A DNA stretch of 64,000 bases from an uncultured Candidatus Saccharibacteria bacterium (GCA_964600985.1 CAZRJR010000001.1:399431-463430), one strand, 5' to 3'; shown: positions 27,540-38,460, counted from the first letter of the stretch. Translations and numbers: made by a program. The notes: generated by a model not told the origin, from the letters alone.

Positions 27540-28715
27540 ATGACCTACACTCTCTCTCAGGATCAAGCTAGCGCTCTTAGCGCGATTGGCGAATGGTACC
27601 GAGGCAAAACTGCGCCCTACATTACCTTGGGCGGCTATGCAGGAACGGGCAAGACCACCCTGGTAACACTCCTGCGCCAAGCCTTGCAAGAATTCGACCC
27701 CAAGCTTAGTGTGGCGTTCTGTGCCTACACGGGCAAAGCTTCTCAGGTGCTGCGTAATAAGTTACGGGAGCAAAAAGTGCTGCGCCGCGGTGATAATACC
27801 TCTACCATTCACTCCCTCATATACAACAGCAAGACAAATAAGGACGGTCATACGAGCTGGCAACTCAAAGACGAGCTTACCTACGACCTGATTGTAGTCG
27901 ATGAAGCCAGCATGGTGGATGAAGATATTTGGCGAGACCTCCTGAGTTTCGACATCCCTATACTAGCCGTGGGTGACCATGGACAGCTGCCGCCAATCAA
28001 CTCGCAGTTCAACCTTATGAGCGAACCACAACTTAAGCTGGAGCAGATCTTTCGCCAAGAGGCCGAGAGCCCAATTATCCAAGTGGCTCAGCTAGCCCGC
28101 ACCCAGGGGTTCGTACCTGTGCAAGACTTTGGCCCGAGTGTTACGAAGCTCAATAAATCGAACTATGAAACCGGCCAAGTAGTCGAGGATATGCTGGCTA
28201 ACTGGCGTAGTGATCTGCTGGTACTTTGCGGCTACAACCACACCCGAGTCCGACTCAACGCCCATATTCGTGCCCTGCGAGATATAGAGGTAGCCGAGCC
28301 AACGGTTGGTGACGTAGTAGTATGCCTGCGCAATATGCGCACCGAGCACTTGTATAACGGCCTAGTTGGTACCATTGTAAGTATCGAGAATGCACCCGAC
28401 GACCCGAGTGGGCAGTGGTATTGGGCAGAGGTTTTTTTTGACAGCGAGAACATGCGCTACAGTGGCTATGTGCTGAAAGGACAATTTGGCGCCAAAGAAA
28501 CCATTAAACAACCGCCGCGTGCGCCTGGCGATACTACCGGTGCGCTCTTTGACTTTGGTTACGCCCTAACGGTCCACAAGGCCCAAGGTTCACAATCACC
28601 CCGAGTTCTACTGTTCGAGGAGCGCTTTAGCAAGATGAGCGATGAAGAGTGGCGTCGCTGGCTCTACACGGCAGTAACGCGTGCCGAAACGGAACTTACA
28701 ATAATTGGACTCTGA
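27540..28715 (+). CDS. RecD/Dda-like SF1B helicase
   Basis: GYAGTGKT, DEASM, GDHGQLPP, YALTVHKAQGS, LYTAVTRA. Confidence 0.9.
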   Translation: MTYTLSQDQASALSAIGEWYRGKTAPYITLGGYAGTGKTTLVTLLRQALQEFDPKLSVAFCAYTGKASQVLRNKLREQKVLRRGDNTSTIHSLIYNSKTNKDGHTSWQLKDELTYDLIVVDEASMVDEDIWRDLLSFDIPILAVGDHGQLPPINSQFNLMSEPQLKLEQIFRQEAESPIIQVAQLARTQGFVPVQDFGPSVTKLNKSNYETGQVVEDMLANWRSDLLVLCGYNHTRVRLNAHIRALRDIEVAEPTVGDVVVCLRNMRTEHLYNGLVGTIVSIENAPDDPSGQWYWAEVFFDSENMRYSGYVLKGQFGAKETIKQPPRAPGDTTGALFDFGYALTVHKAQGSQSPRVLLFEERFSKMSDEEWRRWLYTAVTRAETELTIIGL

Positions 28716-28803
28716 GTTTGTAGTCTAGACTTATTGGCATGCAACAGCATAAGCCCTATAATCTTTTCTAGACTGATATAGCAAGATAAACAAGGAATCC
28801 GCC

Positions 28804-29253
28804 ATGGCCGACGAAACCAAAACCAACTCTACCGACACCACTGAACCCCTAAGCAACCCCGTAGAAGATCGCACTACACTCGAAGCAATTCATCGCTTGC
28901 TGCCTGAAATCCGCGAGACCAAAGACAAGATCAAGACTGTGCGTGAGCAGCTTAAGGACGTAGAGGAACAAAACCAAGAGTACCAACAGCTTAAGGAGGA
29001 AATTAGCGAGCTGAGCACCAAGCGCCAAACCGCTCGTAAACTTTTAGCCGCCGACAGTGACTACCAGAAGGTAAATGCAGACCTCGACGACTACCGTGCT
29101 AAGCTCAAAGACTTGCAAGAGATTATGAGTCACTACCTCGTAACCTACTACAATGAAACCCAAAAGGCCCAGATACGCGACGACGAAGGTGAAACGCGCC
29201 AAGTAGTGTTGAGCGCAAAGATTGGTAAGCCTGAAGCCGATATTGAAGGCTAG
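28804..29253 (+). CDS. Hypothetical coiled-coil protein
   Basis: SD AAGGA; charged heptad-like sequence; fills the gap before rpmE. Confidence 0.75.
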   Translation: MADETKTNSTDTTEPLSNPVEDRTTLEAIHRLLPEIRETKDKIKTVREQLKDVEEQNQEYQQLKEEISELSTKRQTARKLLAADSDYQKVNADLDDYRAKLKDLQEIMSHYLVTYYNETQKAQIRDDEGETRQVVLSAKIGKPEADIEG

Positions 29254-29297
29254 GCGGCATTGACCCCCGCTCCACAATCTGCTACAATTGCCAGGTT

Positions 29298-29654
29298 ATG
29301 AAAGCACAGATTCACCCAGAACTCAAAAAGACCAAGGTAACCTGCCTTGGCTGCAATACCACCTTCGAGACTATGTCTACGGTCGAGGAGATGCATGTTG
29401 AATTGTGCTCAAATTGCCACCCCTTCTATACTGGTAAGCAGAAGCTGATCGATACCGCTGGTCGCGTAGATCGCTTCCGTGCTAAGCAAGAAAAAGCGCA
29501 ACCAGGTATGGCAGCTAAGAAGTCTAAGCCAGCCGAGGAAGCCCCTGCAGAAGCTCAAGACACTAAAGCTAAGCTTGCTGAGCTGAAAAGCGAAATCGCC
29601 GAGCACACTGTAGACGCTACGTCGAAAACCCAGAACGACGCCAAAGATCAGTAA
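29298..29654 (+). CDS. rpmE: 50S ribosomal protein L31 (Zn-binding type) with C-terminal extension
   Basis: [30 protein letters not shown]; promoter TTGACC-17-TACAAT at 29260-29288. Confidence 0.95.
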   Translation: MKAQIHPELKKTKVTCLGCNTTFETMSTVEEMHVELCSNCHPFYTGKQKLIDTAGRVDRFRAKQEKAQPGMAAKKSKPAEEAPAEAQDTKAKLAELKSEIAEHTVDATSKTQNDAKDQ

Positions 29655-29666
29655 ATAAGCACTTTG

Positions 29667-29710
29667 AGCAGCACTGTTTTTGCTATACTAGCAGCAGTGC
29701 TGTTTTGTTT
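29667..29710 (+). terminator. Hairpin/terminator between rpmE and prfA
   Basis: AGCAGCACTG...CAGTGCTGTT followed by a T-rich tail. Confidence 0.55.
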
Positions 29711-29742
29711 AGACTTAACGCTATCTCACTATAAGGAACGCC

Positions 29743-30816
29743 ATGATTGACCAATCAACCATCGACCAATTAGAAAAGCGCCTGGCTGAGCTCAACGCCG
29801 AGCTAAGTGACCCTGCGGTATACGCCAGTGCGGCTTCGGCCAAGGTTGTTGCCGAACAGCGGGATGTGCAGAACAAGCTTGAGTTATTTCACGAAGTGGT
29901 TCAAACCGAAACAGAACTGCGTGAAGCTAAAAACCTACTTAACGACCCAGAGATGTCCGAGCTGGCCCGTGCCGAGATCCCAGAACTAGAAGGCAAGCTC
30001 GATGAGCTTAAGTCCAAGGTGCGCATTGCCCTCGTACCCAAAGACCCAAACGATAGCAAGGACGCAATAATGGAAATCCGAGCTGGCGCTGGTGGTGATG
30101 AATCAAGTTTATTTGCCGGTGAACTCAGCCGCATGTACGCACGTTTCTGCGAAGCTCACGGGCTTAACATGCAGATTATGACCGATAGCCCGGGTACATC
30201 TGGCGGGTACAAGGAGCTCATTGCCGAAGTTAGCGGTGCGGATGCCTACGGCACCCTTAAGTATGAATCTGGTGTCCACCGCGTGCAGCGCATTCCTGCC
30301 ACCGAATCGGCCGGTCGCATACATACTTCTACCGTAACTGTGGCGGTGCTGCCAGAAGCCGAGGAGCACGACATAGAAATCGACCCGGCAGAACTACGTA
30401 TAGATGTTTACAGGTCCAGCGGTAACGGTGGCCAAAGTGTAAATACCACCGATAGTGCCGTGCGGGTCACTCACCTACCTACCAATACCGTAGTAACCTG
30501 CCAAGACGAAAAGTCTCAGCTCAAGAACAAGCTCAAGGCTATGAGCATATTACGCTCTCGCCTGCTAGCCGTGAAGCAAGAACAAGAGCTCAAAGAGCTT
30601 GGCGAAGCTCGCCTTTCGCAAATCGGCACCGGGGACAGAAGCGAAAAGATCCGTACCTATAATTTTCCTCAGGACCGCATAACAGACCACCGCATTGGAT
30701 TCACCCGCCACAACCTACCTGGGTTCCTTGATGGCGAGATTGACGATGTGCTCACAGCCTTGCGTGAAGCAGATATTACCAAAGCCCTTGAAGGCGAGCT
30801 AGGCACAGAAGCTTGA
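29743..30816 (+). CDS. prfA: Peptide chain release factor 1
   Basis: GVHRVQRIPAT (PxT), GGQ, RSEKIRTYNFPQ. Confidence 0.97.
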   Translation: MIDQSTIDQLEKRLAELNAELSDPAVYASAASAKVVAEQRDVQNKLELFHEVVQTETELREAKNLLNDPEMSELARAEIPELEGKLDELKSKVRIALVPKDPNDSKDAIMEIRAGAGGDESSLFAGELSRMYARFCEAHGLNMQIMTDSPGTSGGYKELIAEVSGADAYGTLKYESGVHRVQRIPATESAGRIHTSTVTVAVLPEAEEHDIEIDPAELRIDVYRSSGNGGQSVNTTDSAVRVTHLPTNTVVTCQDEKSQLKNKLKAMSILRSRLLAVKQEQELKELGEARLSQIGTGDRSEKIRTYNFPQDRITDHRIGFTRHNLPGFLDGEIDDVLTALREADITKALEGELGTEA

Positions 30817-31616
30817 AGATCCATGAAGTGCTCGCTAACGCGCGTACCCAACTCACAGCCGCTGGAGTAAACTCGGTCCACCTAGACGCAGAGCTACTGC
30901 TATGCCACGTTCTTAAGGTCGGTCGATCATGGCTTTTGGCGCACAACGAAGATGAATTATCAGCGCGTCACCTCGAGACCTACAAAGTACTTATTAGCAA
31001 ACGCGCACAGCACATTCCCCTGGTCCACCTCACTAATAAGCGTGAGTTTTACGGCATAGAATTGTTCATAGATGCAAGCGTGCTAACTCCCCGAATTGAA
31101 ACGGAGAAAATGGTAGAACTTGCCATTAAATACGCACCTCCTGGTGGCTCGCTCATTGATATTGGTACCGGCAGTGGCGCAATTGCCATTGCTATTGCCA
31201 AGCATCGCCCCGATCTAACTATTTGGGCAACCGAATACAGTACGGAAGCCCTCAAGGTAGCGCGCCAAAACATTGCGGCCCATAAAGTCAATGTCACACT
31301 CAAGCAAGCTGACTTATTTAATGGTATTGAGAAAGAGTTTGACGTAGTAGCATGCAACCTACCCTACCTAGCCGACAAAGCTGATTTAATGCCCGAGGTA
31401 CAAAAGGAACCATGCATCGCCCTGTTTGGCGGACCAGATGGCCTTGATATTTATCGCAAATTCCTCGCTCAGTTACCAGCCCATTTAAAGCCTGGGGGTA
31501 AGCTATTCACCGAATGTGACCCATGGCAGCAAGCCGCGCTCATTAGTGAAGCAAAGGATATCGGCTTAAAGCTTATAGAGGAAGACTACTTTATCCTTGG
31601 GTTTCAGTTGGGCTAG
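30813..31616 (+). CDS. prmC: Release factor glutamine methyltransferase
   Basis: LTPRIETE, DIGTGSG, NLPY; overlaps the prfA stop (TTG start). Confidence 0.93.
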   Translation: MKIHEVLANARTQLTAAGVNSVHLDAELLLCHVLKVGRSWLLAHNEDELSARHLETYKVLISKRAQHIPLVHLTNKREFYGIELFIDASVLTPRIETEKMVELAIKYAPPGGSLIDIGTGSGAIAIAIAKHRPDLTIWATEYSTEALKVARQNIAAHKVNVTLKQADLFNGIEKEFDVVACNLPYLADKADLMPEVQKEPCIALFGGPDGLDIYRKFLAQLPAHLKPGGKLFTECDPWQQAALISEAKDIGLKLIEEDYFILGFQLG

Positions 31617-32085
31617 GTGGCTCCTGACTGGGATGTAAGAGTTCATTAAGTTCAGCACGTACATCCCGAAGTGCAGCTTTTCGACTTTCGACATCGCGTT
31701 CTAGCTCTTCAAGCTTGGCTGATGCCGACTTCTCCCTTGCCTCCAGATTTATAATCCTGTTGGCTACGTCCATAAAATCTCGCGTAGGCATAGCGCCGAA
31801 TCGTTGCGGATCACGATCATATATCTGCTCCAAAGGCTCCAGGGTTTTATTAGACCATTCCTCAATCTTTGTCATGGAATCTTTGCGAGCCTCACCCGAC
31901 TCATATTGGCGATTTTGATGAAGTGCAATTTGGGCATCAAAATCTAATCCCCGACCAGGAGCAGATACCCCAGCGCCTTCCTTAAGTGCATATGCCATGT
32001 CCTCGGCTTTGTCATGATCCCAGCGTTGATCAAGGTTTTGCTCTGATACTGGCATCACTGGAAATGAAGCTATTCCCTCCGGCAT
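31591..32085 (-). CDS. Hypothetical protein with C-terminal coiled coil
   Basis: SD AGGAG; 164-aa ORF filling an intergenic gap. Confidence 0.65.
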   Translation of the reverse strand: MPEGIASFPVMPVSEQNLDQRWDHDKAEDMAYALKEGAGVSAPGRGLDFDAQIALHQNRQYESGEARKDSMTKIEEWSNKTLEPLEQIYDRDPQRFGAMPTRDFMDVANRIINLEAREKSASAKLEELERDVESRKAALRDVRAELNELLHPSQEPPSPTETQG

Positions 32086-32147
32086 TCCATACTCCTACAT
32101 AATTATTCTTATGCTATTGTATCCTAGATTAAATACTAAGAACAAGC

Positions 32148-33356
32148 TTAGTTGGTACTAGCAGGCGCTTCGGCCAACTTCACCTTAGTGGTCTTAGTTT
32201 TACCATCGCGTAAGTAGGTAAGGGTAACGGTATCCCCGACATTAAACTTACCAACCACCGAGGAAAGTTGATTGTTTTCATCGAGCCTTGTGTCGTTAAT
32301 CTTAATAATGATGTCGCCATTAGTTAAGCCAGCCTTGTCGGCCGGGCTTCCATCAACCACGCCACTCGTATTACCACTGCCAATGTAAGCACCTCCAATT
32401 GCCTCGTCAACGAGGTCGTTACGAGCTGCTACATCCTTAGTAACGGCCACGTAGCGCACCCCTAAGTATGGGCGCACAATCTTACCGCCGTTCGATACAC
32501 TAGCAATATCCTTTTGTGCTTCGTTGATCGGGATAGCAAAGCCAATGTTCTGCGCTCCGTCACCCGCCACAGCGGTGTTCATACCAATTACCTCTCCGGC
32601 AATGTTTACCAATGGCCCACCCGAATTACCGGGGTTAATCGCAGCGTCTGTTTGGAACAAATTCTGTAGGTTCTCGGCAGTACCCCCGCCGCTTGCAGTA
32701 ATAGGCCGACTCTTGCCAGAAATCACGCCGGTAGTTACAGTATTTTGGAATTGTCCAAGCGCATTACCAATCGCGATTACACGCTGGCCCACCTCTACCT
32801 TGCTTGAGTCACCTAGCTTAGCAGCCGTAAGTCCACTAGCACTAATTTGCAAGAAGGCAATGTCATTGGTTGGGTCTTTGGCTACCACCTTAGCATTCTT
32901 GTATTCTTTGCCGTCGCTCGTGATTACCGTAAAGTTCTCACCCCCCTCAACCACATGCTTGTTGGTCAGAATCAGCCCGTTGGACTTAAGTATAATCCCT
33001 GTGCCCGACGATGCTTGAGTTTGTGTTTGACCAAAGAAGTCAACCGCACTACTGCTACTAGTAATACTGACCACACTTGGCGACACTTGCTTGGCCACGG
33101 TAATCACTGCCGAGTCTTCTTTTACTAAAAGGCTCTTGCGCTCCTCAACTGTGCGCGAGTTTGCGCCTAAAAATGTTACTTGCAGCCACGAGCCCGCAAA
33201 CCCTGCCAACAAACAAAGTGCTACGATACCAACAATAATTACTGTTTTCTTGCCCTGGCCCTCTAGATTATTGGTCACCGTCTTAGGCGATGCCACGGGT
33301 TTTTTAATAGCGCTGGTCGTGCGTGCGGTAGTTGGTTTCTTTACTTGGTCTTCCAT
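32148..33356 (-). CDS. htrA: HtrA/DegP-like serine protease with one PDZ domain
   Basis: TNKHV, DIA, QTDAAINPGNSGGPL; N-terminal TM. Confidence 0.95.
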   Translation of the reverse strand: MEDQVKKPTTARTTSAIKKPVASPKTVTNNLEGQGKKTVIIVGIVALCLLAGFAGSWLQVTFLGANSRTVEERKSLLVKEDSAVITVAKQVSPSVVSITSSSSAVDFFGQTQTQASSGTGIILKSNGLILTNKHVVEGGENFTVITSDGKEYKNAKVVAKDPTNDIAFLQISASGLTAAKLGDSSKVEVGQRVIAIGNALGQFQNTVTTGVISGKSRPITASGGGTAENLQNLFQTDAAINPGNSGGPLVNIAGEVIGMNTAVAGDGAQNIGFAIPINEAQKDIASVSNGGKIVRPYLGVRYVAVTKDVAARNDLVDEAIGGAYIGSGNTSGVVDGSPADKAGLTNGDIIIKINDTRLDENNQLSSVVGKFNVGDTVTLTYLRDGKTKTTKVKLAEAPASTN

Positions 33357-33409
33357 GTTCCTCCTTCTTAGAGTCTAAATTTACAAACTGAACAGTTGCT
33401 TAAAGCTGC

Positions 33410-34192
33410 TCAGAACCCGTTCATCCAGCGAGTAGTCAAGAATGTGGCGGCAAACACAATCATAAATACCAAGCCGTATTCGAGCGGTAGCCACTTGCGT
33501 TTAGGCCGATCGAGCCGATGGTATTCAATACCGCCCAAGCTATATGCCAATGCAATTGTAACTATAGCCGCCTGGGCTACTATAATGTTAGCTTTAGGCA
33601 CCTGGTACACGAGCACCCAGTGCGAGTAAGCCCACACCAATTCGGTCGCGACAAGCCCAAATACGCTCGCAAACATTGGTGCCACCCCGGCCGCCCTGCC
33701 TGCCTCCACCAGCCACCACAACGCCACGAAGGTACTCACAACAAACACCAGTGGCAATGTAATAAAGCCAGGGACATGCCAATACGCCATCGACAATACC
33801 GCAAAGTTTATACTGAGTCCTAGCTGCAAAATAGCAATTGCACTAGCCATCCAGACAGCTATATGGGTACGCAATACCACCACGCAGATCAGGCCGTACA
33901 TAAGAGCCATAAGAACTGTCTGTGCTACAAAGTAGGGAATGCTCACACCGTTAACCTGCACGAGCATCATACTATACAGCGAAGCCGCCACTATAAAGAG
34001 TACGGGCTGAGCTGACTTAGCCAATACAACTGGCCGATTGCCGCCGGTAAGTAAGCGCCGCATAAGCAGAAGCGTAAGGCCCACTTGCAGTGCTACACCA
34101 AAAAACCAATAACGGGTCAAAAAATAAAACATAAATATCACCACTGCCTGCACAGGCAAGAAGAATAGTATAGTTCGCTGAGTTTTAGTCAT
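33410..34192 (-). CDS. Hypothetical multi-pass membrane protein
   Basis: 260 aa, mostly hydrophobic helices; SD-like GAGGA upstream. Confidence 0.75.
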   Translation of the reverse strand: MTKTQRTILFFLPVQAVVIFMFYFLTRYWFFGVALQVGLTLLLMRRLLTGGNRPVVLAKSAQPVLFIVAASLYSMMLVQVNGVSIPYFVAQTVLMALMYGLICVVVLRTHIAVWMASAIAILQLGLSINFAVLSMAYWHVPGFITLPLVFVVSTFVALWWLVEAGRAAGVAPMFASVFGLVATELVWAYSHWVLVYQVPKANIIVAQAAIVTIALAYSLGGIEYHRLDRPKRKWLPLEYGLVFMIVFAATFLTTRWMNGF

Positions 34193-34233
34193 AGTCGCTC
34201 CATCCTCACTCGAAATTAGAGGTCGCTGCCGCC

Positions 34234-35679
34234 CTAGTTGGTGGGTCTGTAATCACTACCGATAATTACCACTATATCTGGACCCGTACTGCTATTTGCG
34301 GTGGCGTTACCGCCCACAGCACCTACGCTCTGAGCAGACGAGGCATTCACGCCAAATCGTTTCTCGAGATACTTTATAGTATACGGCTTTTTACCGCCAG
34401 AGTAATCAATAATCTGGGTTGTAGTATAGGTAGTGCGATCAGCCGCCACGGTATTGACCACGTTATAATTATAACTCCTTAGGGTTGCAGCCGCACTAAG
34501 TGCTAGGCCAGGCTTCGCCGTGCCATTTTCTACTTGGATAGTAGCAGCTTCTTGCTTTATATATCCATCCACAAAGATCGAGCGAACGAAGCGCTGAATA
34601 GCACTGTAGTCTCCAATCCCCGCGCTTGGCACCACCACGCTGGCGCCATTTATATTGGCCGTTCGCACTAGATTGGTTCCATTTACTTCATTATCGAGCA
34701 CTGCATTCACCACCTTGGTGGTATCAATCTTCTTGGTGATGTCGACAAGACGCTGCAACTCACCAAGCTGCAAGTCGGTGCGCACATTGTCACCCACTGT
34801 GTCGATCAGGCCACTGAGCTTGGTTGGGTCAAGCAGGGTGTTTAGCGTAAGCGCCTTGGCCCGCAGTGCGGTCAGGACTTGCTGCTGGCGCTTGGCTCGT
34901 CCAAAGTCGTCGCCACAGTTCCCCTTACGGCAGCGCACATATTTAAGAGCAACTGCGCCAGTCATATGTTGCGGGCCGGCTTTTACGCTAAAGCCGCAGC
35001 TATAGGCTTCGTTTCTTTCGCAGGGGTACTCGGAGTCGTACAAAGCTTGCTCGACCTTTACATCTACACCACCAACCGTATCGACTGCCTGTTTAAACGC
35101 CGTAAAGTCTGTACGAATAAAGTAATGAATAGGTACACCCAGGGTGGTAGAGACTACCTTTTTAGTCATGTCGGGCCCACCTTCTTTTTGCAGTTGCTCA
35201 CCATAGGCGTGAGCGCCGTTGATTTTACTATAGCCAAACCCCGGTACATTCACCCATAAATCACGTGGAATACCGAGCATAGCTACATCGTTTGTTTGCG
35301 GGTCTATGCTGAGCACCATCATAGTGTCGCTCAAGCCGGCGCCGGCGTGGCCAGTATCGCCCACACCAAGCAGAAGAATATTAATTCTGCCTTCGCCCTC
35401 ACCCTTAAGCTGCGCGAGCGTGAGCTTACCCTTAAGGCCTGCGGCCGCAACACCAGTATTTCGCTGAATTACCTTACCGAGCGAGAAGTAACTCCGAGCT
35501 GCAAAGGCACTACCGCCCGCTACGAGTACGAGAGCCAACGAAACAAGTGCAATCCTTAGCTTATGTGGCTTAGTTTTTAGTCGACGCTTTTTGGGGTCAT
35601 ATATAAAAGCCGGATCGTCACCCCCCAGGTTACGAATATGTGATTTTGCTGAAGTTGGCTTTGTCTTTATGTCGGCCAT
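34234..35679 (-). CDS. LCP (LytR-CpsA-Psr) protein with LytR_C domain
   Basis: NILLLG, SDTMM, IPRD, DFGRAKRQQ; C-terminal VENGT..GLA..IVVIIGSD. Confidence 0.93.
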   Translation of the reverse strand: MADIKTKPTSAKSHIRNLGGDDPAFIYDPKKRRLKTKPHKLRIALVSLALVLVAGGSAFAARSYFSLGKVIQRNTGVAAAGLKGKLTLAQLKGEGEGRINILLLGVGDTGHAGAGLSDTMMVLSIDPQTNDVAMLGIPRDLWVNVPGFGYSKINGAHAYGEQLQKEGGPDMTKKVVSTTLGVPIHYFIRTDFTAFKQAVDTVGGVDVKVEQALYDSEYPCERNEAYSCGFSVKAGPQHMTGAVALKYVRCRKGNCGDDFGRAKRQQQVLTALRAKALTLNTLLDPTKLSGLIDTVGDNVRTDLQLGELQRLVDITKKIDTTKVVNAVLDNEVNGTNLVRTANINGASVVVPSAGIGDYSAIQRFVRSIFVDGYIKQEAATIQVENGTAKPGLALSAAATLRSYNYNVVNTVAADRTTYTTTQIIDYSGGKKPYTIKYLEKRFGVNASSAQSVGAVGGNATANSSTGPDIVVIIGSDYRPTN

Positions 35680-35765
35680 TGTAAGGTATTATAGCCAACC
35701 AATCAGCGCTTCGTAAAGCTTATGCCACTTGCCGATAGTCCTTATGCCCCGCTATAATAAAGTCT

Positions 35766-36638
35766 ATGCCGCCCCAAGACCCATCATCCAACCCAGCGAC
35801 TCAACCCAGTGATGCAGGTGACGCCACTACGCCAAACGCTGGACAAATAGTCGAGCCCTCTGCACAAGCGACCATTGCCGCTGCTCAAGCAGCGTCTACG
35901 CCACCGAGCGAAGCTGCTCCGGCTACCGAACCAGCCGAACCCAAACATCCAAAGCTAGCACCACCACTTAAGTCTGCTGTGGAGCTAGAGGCAGAAGCCG
36001 AGGCTGAGTCAGCAAATGAATCGGACCAAGAACCTGAGGAGCGCCGCCCAAGCGCTATCCTGGGTGTGCTCAAAACCATCTTTAGCTGGGTGGTATTGCC
36101 CGGCTTGATTGTGCTATTCCTGCATAGTTTTGTGTTCCAGGCGTTCTATGTGTCGGGCAGTAGTATGAACCCCGACTTCCAAGACGGCGACTACCTGATT
36201 ATCGACAAGGTTGGTTTTACCATGAGCAACATTAAATCCACCTTTGGGCTAGATACCAGCCTAGACCTTAAGCGTGGTGATGTACTGGTATTCCGCTACC
36301 CTGCGAATCCATCTACCTTTTTTATTAAGCGCCTGATTGGCTTGCCAGGTGACCGCGTAGTGGTCAAAAATGGCAAGGTGACTATATACGACGCCGACCA
36401 CCCCGAGGGCCTCGTGCTCAAGGAGCCATACATAGATCAATCGCTCACTACTCAGGGTGATATAGATGAAGTGGTGGAAAAGAATAAATACTTTGTTATG
36501 GGGGACAACCGCGAGCCCAATGGAAGCTTTGACTCGCGCGAGTGGGGACAGCTACCGCGTAACGATGTAGTCGGTGTAGCCACTGCCCGCTTGCTTCCAA
36601 TTAATGAGCTCGGGCCAATTAAGCACCCTACTTACTAG
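35766..36638 (+). CDS. lepB: Signal peptidase I
   Basis: GSSMNP, RGDVLVF, FIKRLIGLPGD, GDNR..SFDSREWG; long acidic/Pro-rich N-terminus. Confidence 0.94.
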   Translation: MPPQDPSSNPATQPSDAGDATTPNAGQIVEPSAQATIAAAQAASTPPSEAAPATEPAEPKHPKLAPPLKSAVELEAEAEAESANESDQEPEERRPSAILGVLKTIFSWVVLPGLIVLFLHSFVFQAFYVSGSSMNPDFQDGDYLIIDKVGFTMSNIKSTFGLDTSLDLKRGDVLVFRYPANPSTFFIKRLIGLPGDRVVVKNGKVTIYDADHPEGLVLKEPYIDQSLTTQGDIDEVVEKNKYFVMGDNREPNGSFDSREWGQLPRNDVVGVATARLLPINELGPIKHPTY

Positions 36639-37110
36639 AGTCGTAGACGACCAGTGCATCATTTAAAACTTGTGCAGCAGCCTTTGCTTTAAAAATATTT
36701 GGTATATGCACAAAACTAAAAGGTGTGTCAGATCCGGTTTCCTTAATTCTTCCGGCTATACTGTATGAGATTAAGTTGCAGTAAGAATTTCCCATCGCAC
36801 TTGCTATCTTAAGCCCTTGAGAAGGCTGTATAAAATTCGGCAACTTCCTAATATCCTTGTCGCTTCCGGAACTACGGAATTTACTTGTTGCTAGTGTTTC
36901 AATCCGTAGATAATCTCTATCTCGCCCAGTATAAAGCCCTAGAGCAAGAATTAAGCTATATTTAGAAGGATCAAGGTACTGAGCAAATTTAGATATAGCG
37001 GATTGTGAAGAAGGTAACGCACGATGCTGTGATGGGCTAAAACTAAGCGCATCCATAACCTGCTCCGATATGTTTCCCTTAAATGAGAGAATGAGGGCTG
37101 GCTTTCTCAT
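36628..37110 (-). CDS. Pyroglutamyl-peptidase I (C15)-like protein
   Basis: LRIET, MGNSYCN and FVHIP fit the C15 Glu/Cys/His triad; start ATG 37110 overlaps the upstream stop. Confidence 0.6.
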   Translation of the reverse strand: MRKPALILSFKGNISEQVMDALSFSPSQHRALPSSQSAISKFAQYLDPSKYSLILALGLYTGRDRDYLRIETLATSKFRSSGSDKDIRKLPNFIQPSQGLKIASAMGNSYCNLISYSIAGRIKETGSDTPFSFVHIPNIFKAKAAAQVLNDALVVYDSSK

Positions 37111-37562
37111 AACTGCAACATCTTCGGCGGAGCAAGCAATAGTTCTGGATGCTTTTGCCAATCTATACCCGGCACGTCTATATAAAGCTCAATCTCGTTT
37201 CCATCCGGATCTTCTATGTATAAGCTATGCGTAACTGTGTGGTCAGTCGCTCCCACAACTTCTATGCCATTGTCTTGTAGAGTTTGTGCTGCTTCGCGCA
37301 GTTCATTGTCGCTATCCCCCACCTTGAGACCAAAATGATATAAACCCACTCGGTGGCCTTTTGGCACCCGGCCTGCTGCCTCACCCACTTCTATGAGCAA
37401 TAGCTCATGGTGTGTACGTCCACTGGAAAATACAGCAATTGGCATGTCGGCCAACACACTAATGCGCTTCCATCCAAGTACACGCTCATAAAAGTCCGCG
37501 GACCGCTCCACACTACGCACATATAGAACTATATGGCCCAGTTCGTGAACACGCAGCGACAT
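37107..37562 (-). CDS. VOC/glyoxalase-family protein
   Basis: LGHIVLYV, GLYHFGL, YIEDPDGNEIELY. Confidence 0.9.
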   Translation of the reverse strand: MSLRVHELGHIVLYVRSVERSADFYERVLGWKRISVLADMPIAVFSSGRTHHELLLIEVGEAAGRVPKGHRVGLYHFGLKVGDSDNELREAAQTLQDNGIEVVGATDHTVTHSLYIEDPDGNEIELYIDVPGIDWQKHPELLLAPPKMLQL

Positions 37563-37566
37563 ACGG

Positions 37567-38460
37567 TTATTCCCCTAGAATCTGGTGGTATAGCCTACCT
37601 AGGTCCTCGTCGGTGGTAAACTCGATAACCAGTTTGCCGCCCTTGGCAGTCTTTTGAATGTCTACTTTGGTGCCTAAATGTTTTGCCAAGGTCGTGGTGA
37701 GCTGTACATTATACGTTTCTTTGGCCTCAACCTTTTTAATCGCAGCTTGGCCGTCGGCCTTGAAGTTACGAGCTAATTCTTCGGCCTGCCGAACATTTAA
37801 GTGACCCTTTAGAATCATATCGAGGAATACCAACTGATCCTCAGGCTTTACTGCCAGTACTTGACGAGCATGACCCTCTACTATCAGTCCGTCATTGAGT
37901 GCTTGTTTGGCCTCGTGTGGCAAATTAAGTAAGCGCATTATGTTGCCAACGGTAGACGGAGCTTTACCTACCCTTATGCCAATTTCGTCGAGCGATAAGT
38001 TGAACTGGTCTGCCAAGGTAGTGTAGGCCGTAGCTAACTCGAGTACATTGAGCTCACTACGTTGTATGTTCTCGACTACCGCTACCTCGAGCTGTTCTTG
38101 CTGAGAAAAACTCCGCACAATAGCCGGCACTGTAGGCAAACCCAGTAGCTTCGCGGCCCGCAGTCGGCGTTCGCCAGCAATCAGCTGGTAAGTATCACCG
38201 TCGCGAATCACCACTAGTGGCTGCACAATGCCGTACGTTTTAATCGACTGAGCCATTTCCTGAAGCTGGTCATCACTAAACTTGGTACGCGGCTGGTGTG
38301 GATTAGGCACAATTGAGCCAACTGGCAAGTCTTCGACTCGTGCGCCTTCCTTTACCAGCTCCTTAGGCATAGAGGGCGCAGCAAACTCACCTATATCGGT
38401 CGGTATAAGGCTATCCAAGCCCCTGCCTAGACGACTACTGTTGGAGTTGTTTGTTGACAC
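37567..38460 (-). CDS. parB: Chromosome partitioning protein ParB/Spo0J
   Basis: LGRGLDSL, PNPHQPR, IAGERRLRA, ENIQR. Confidence 0.96.
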   Translation of the reverse strand: MSTNNSNSSRLGRGLDSLIPTDIGEFAAPSMPKELVKEGARVEDLPVGSIVPNPHQPRTKFSDDQLQEMAQSIKTYGIVQPLVVIRDGDTYQLIAGERRLRAAKLLGLPTVPAIVRSFSQQEQLEVAVVENIQRSELNVLELATAYTTLADQFNLSLDEIGIRVGKAPSTVGNIMRLLNLPHEAKQALNDGLIVEGHARQVLAVKPEDQLVFLDMILKGHLNVRQAEELARNFKADGQAAIKKVEAKETYNVQLTTTLAKHLGTKVDIQKTAKGGKLVIEFTTDEDLGRLYHQILGE

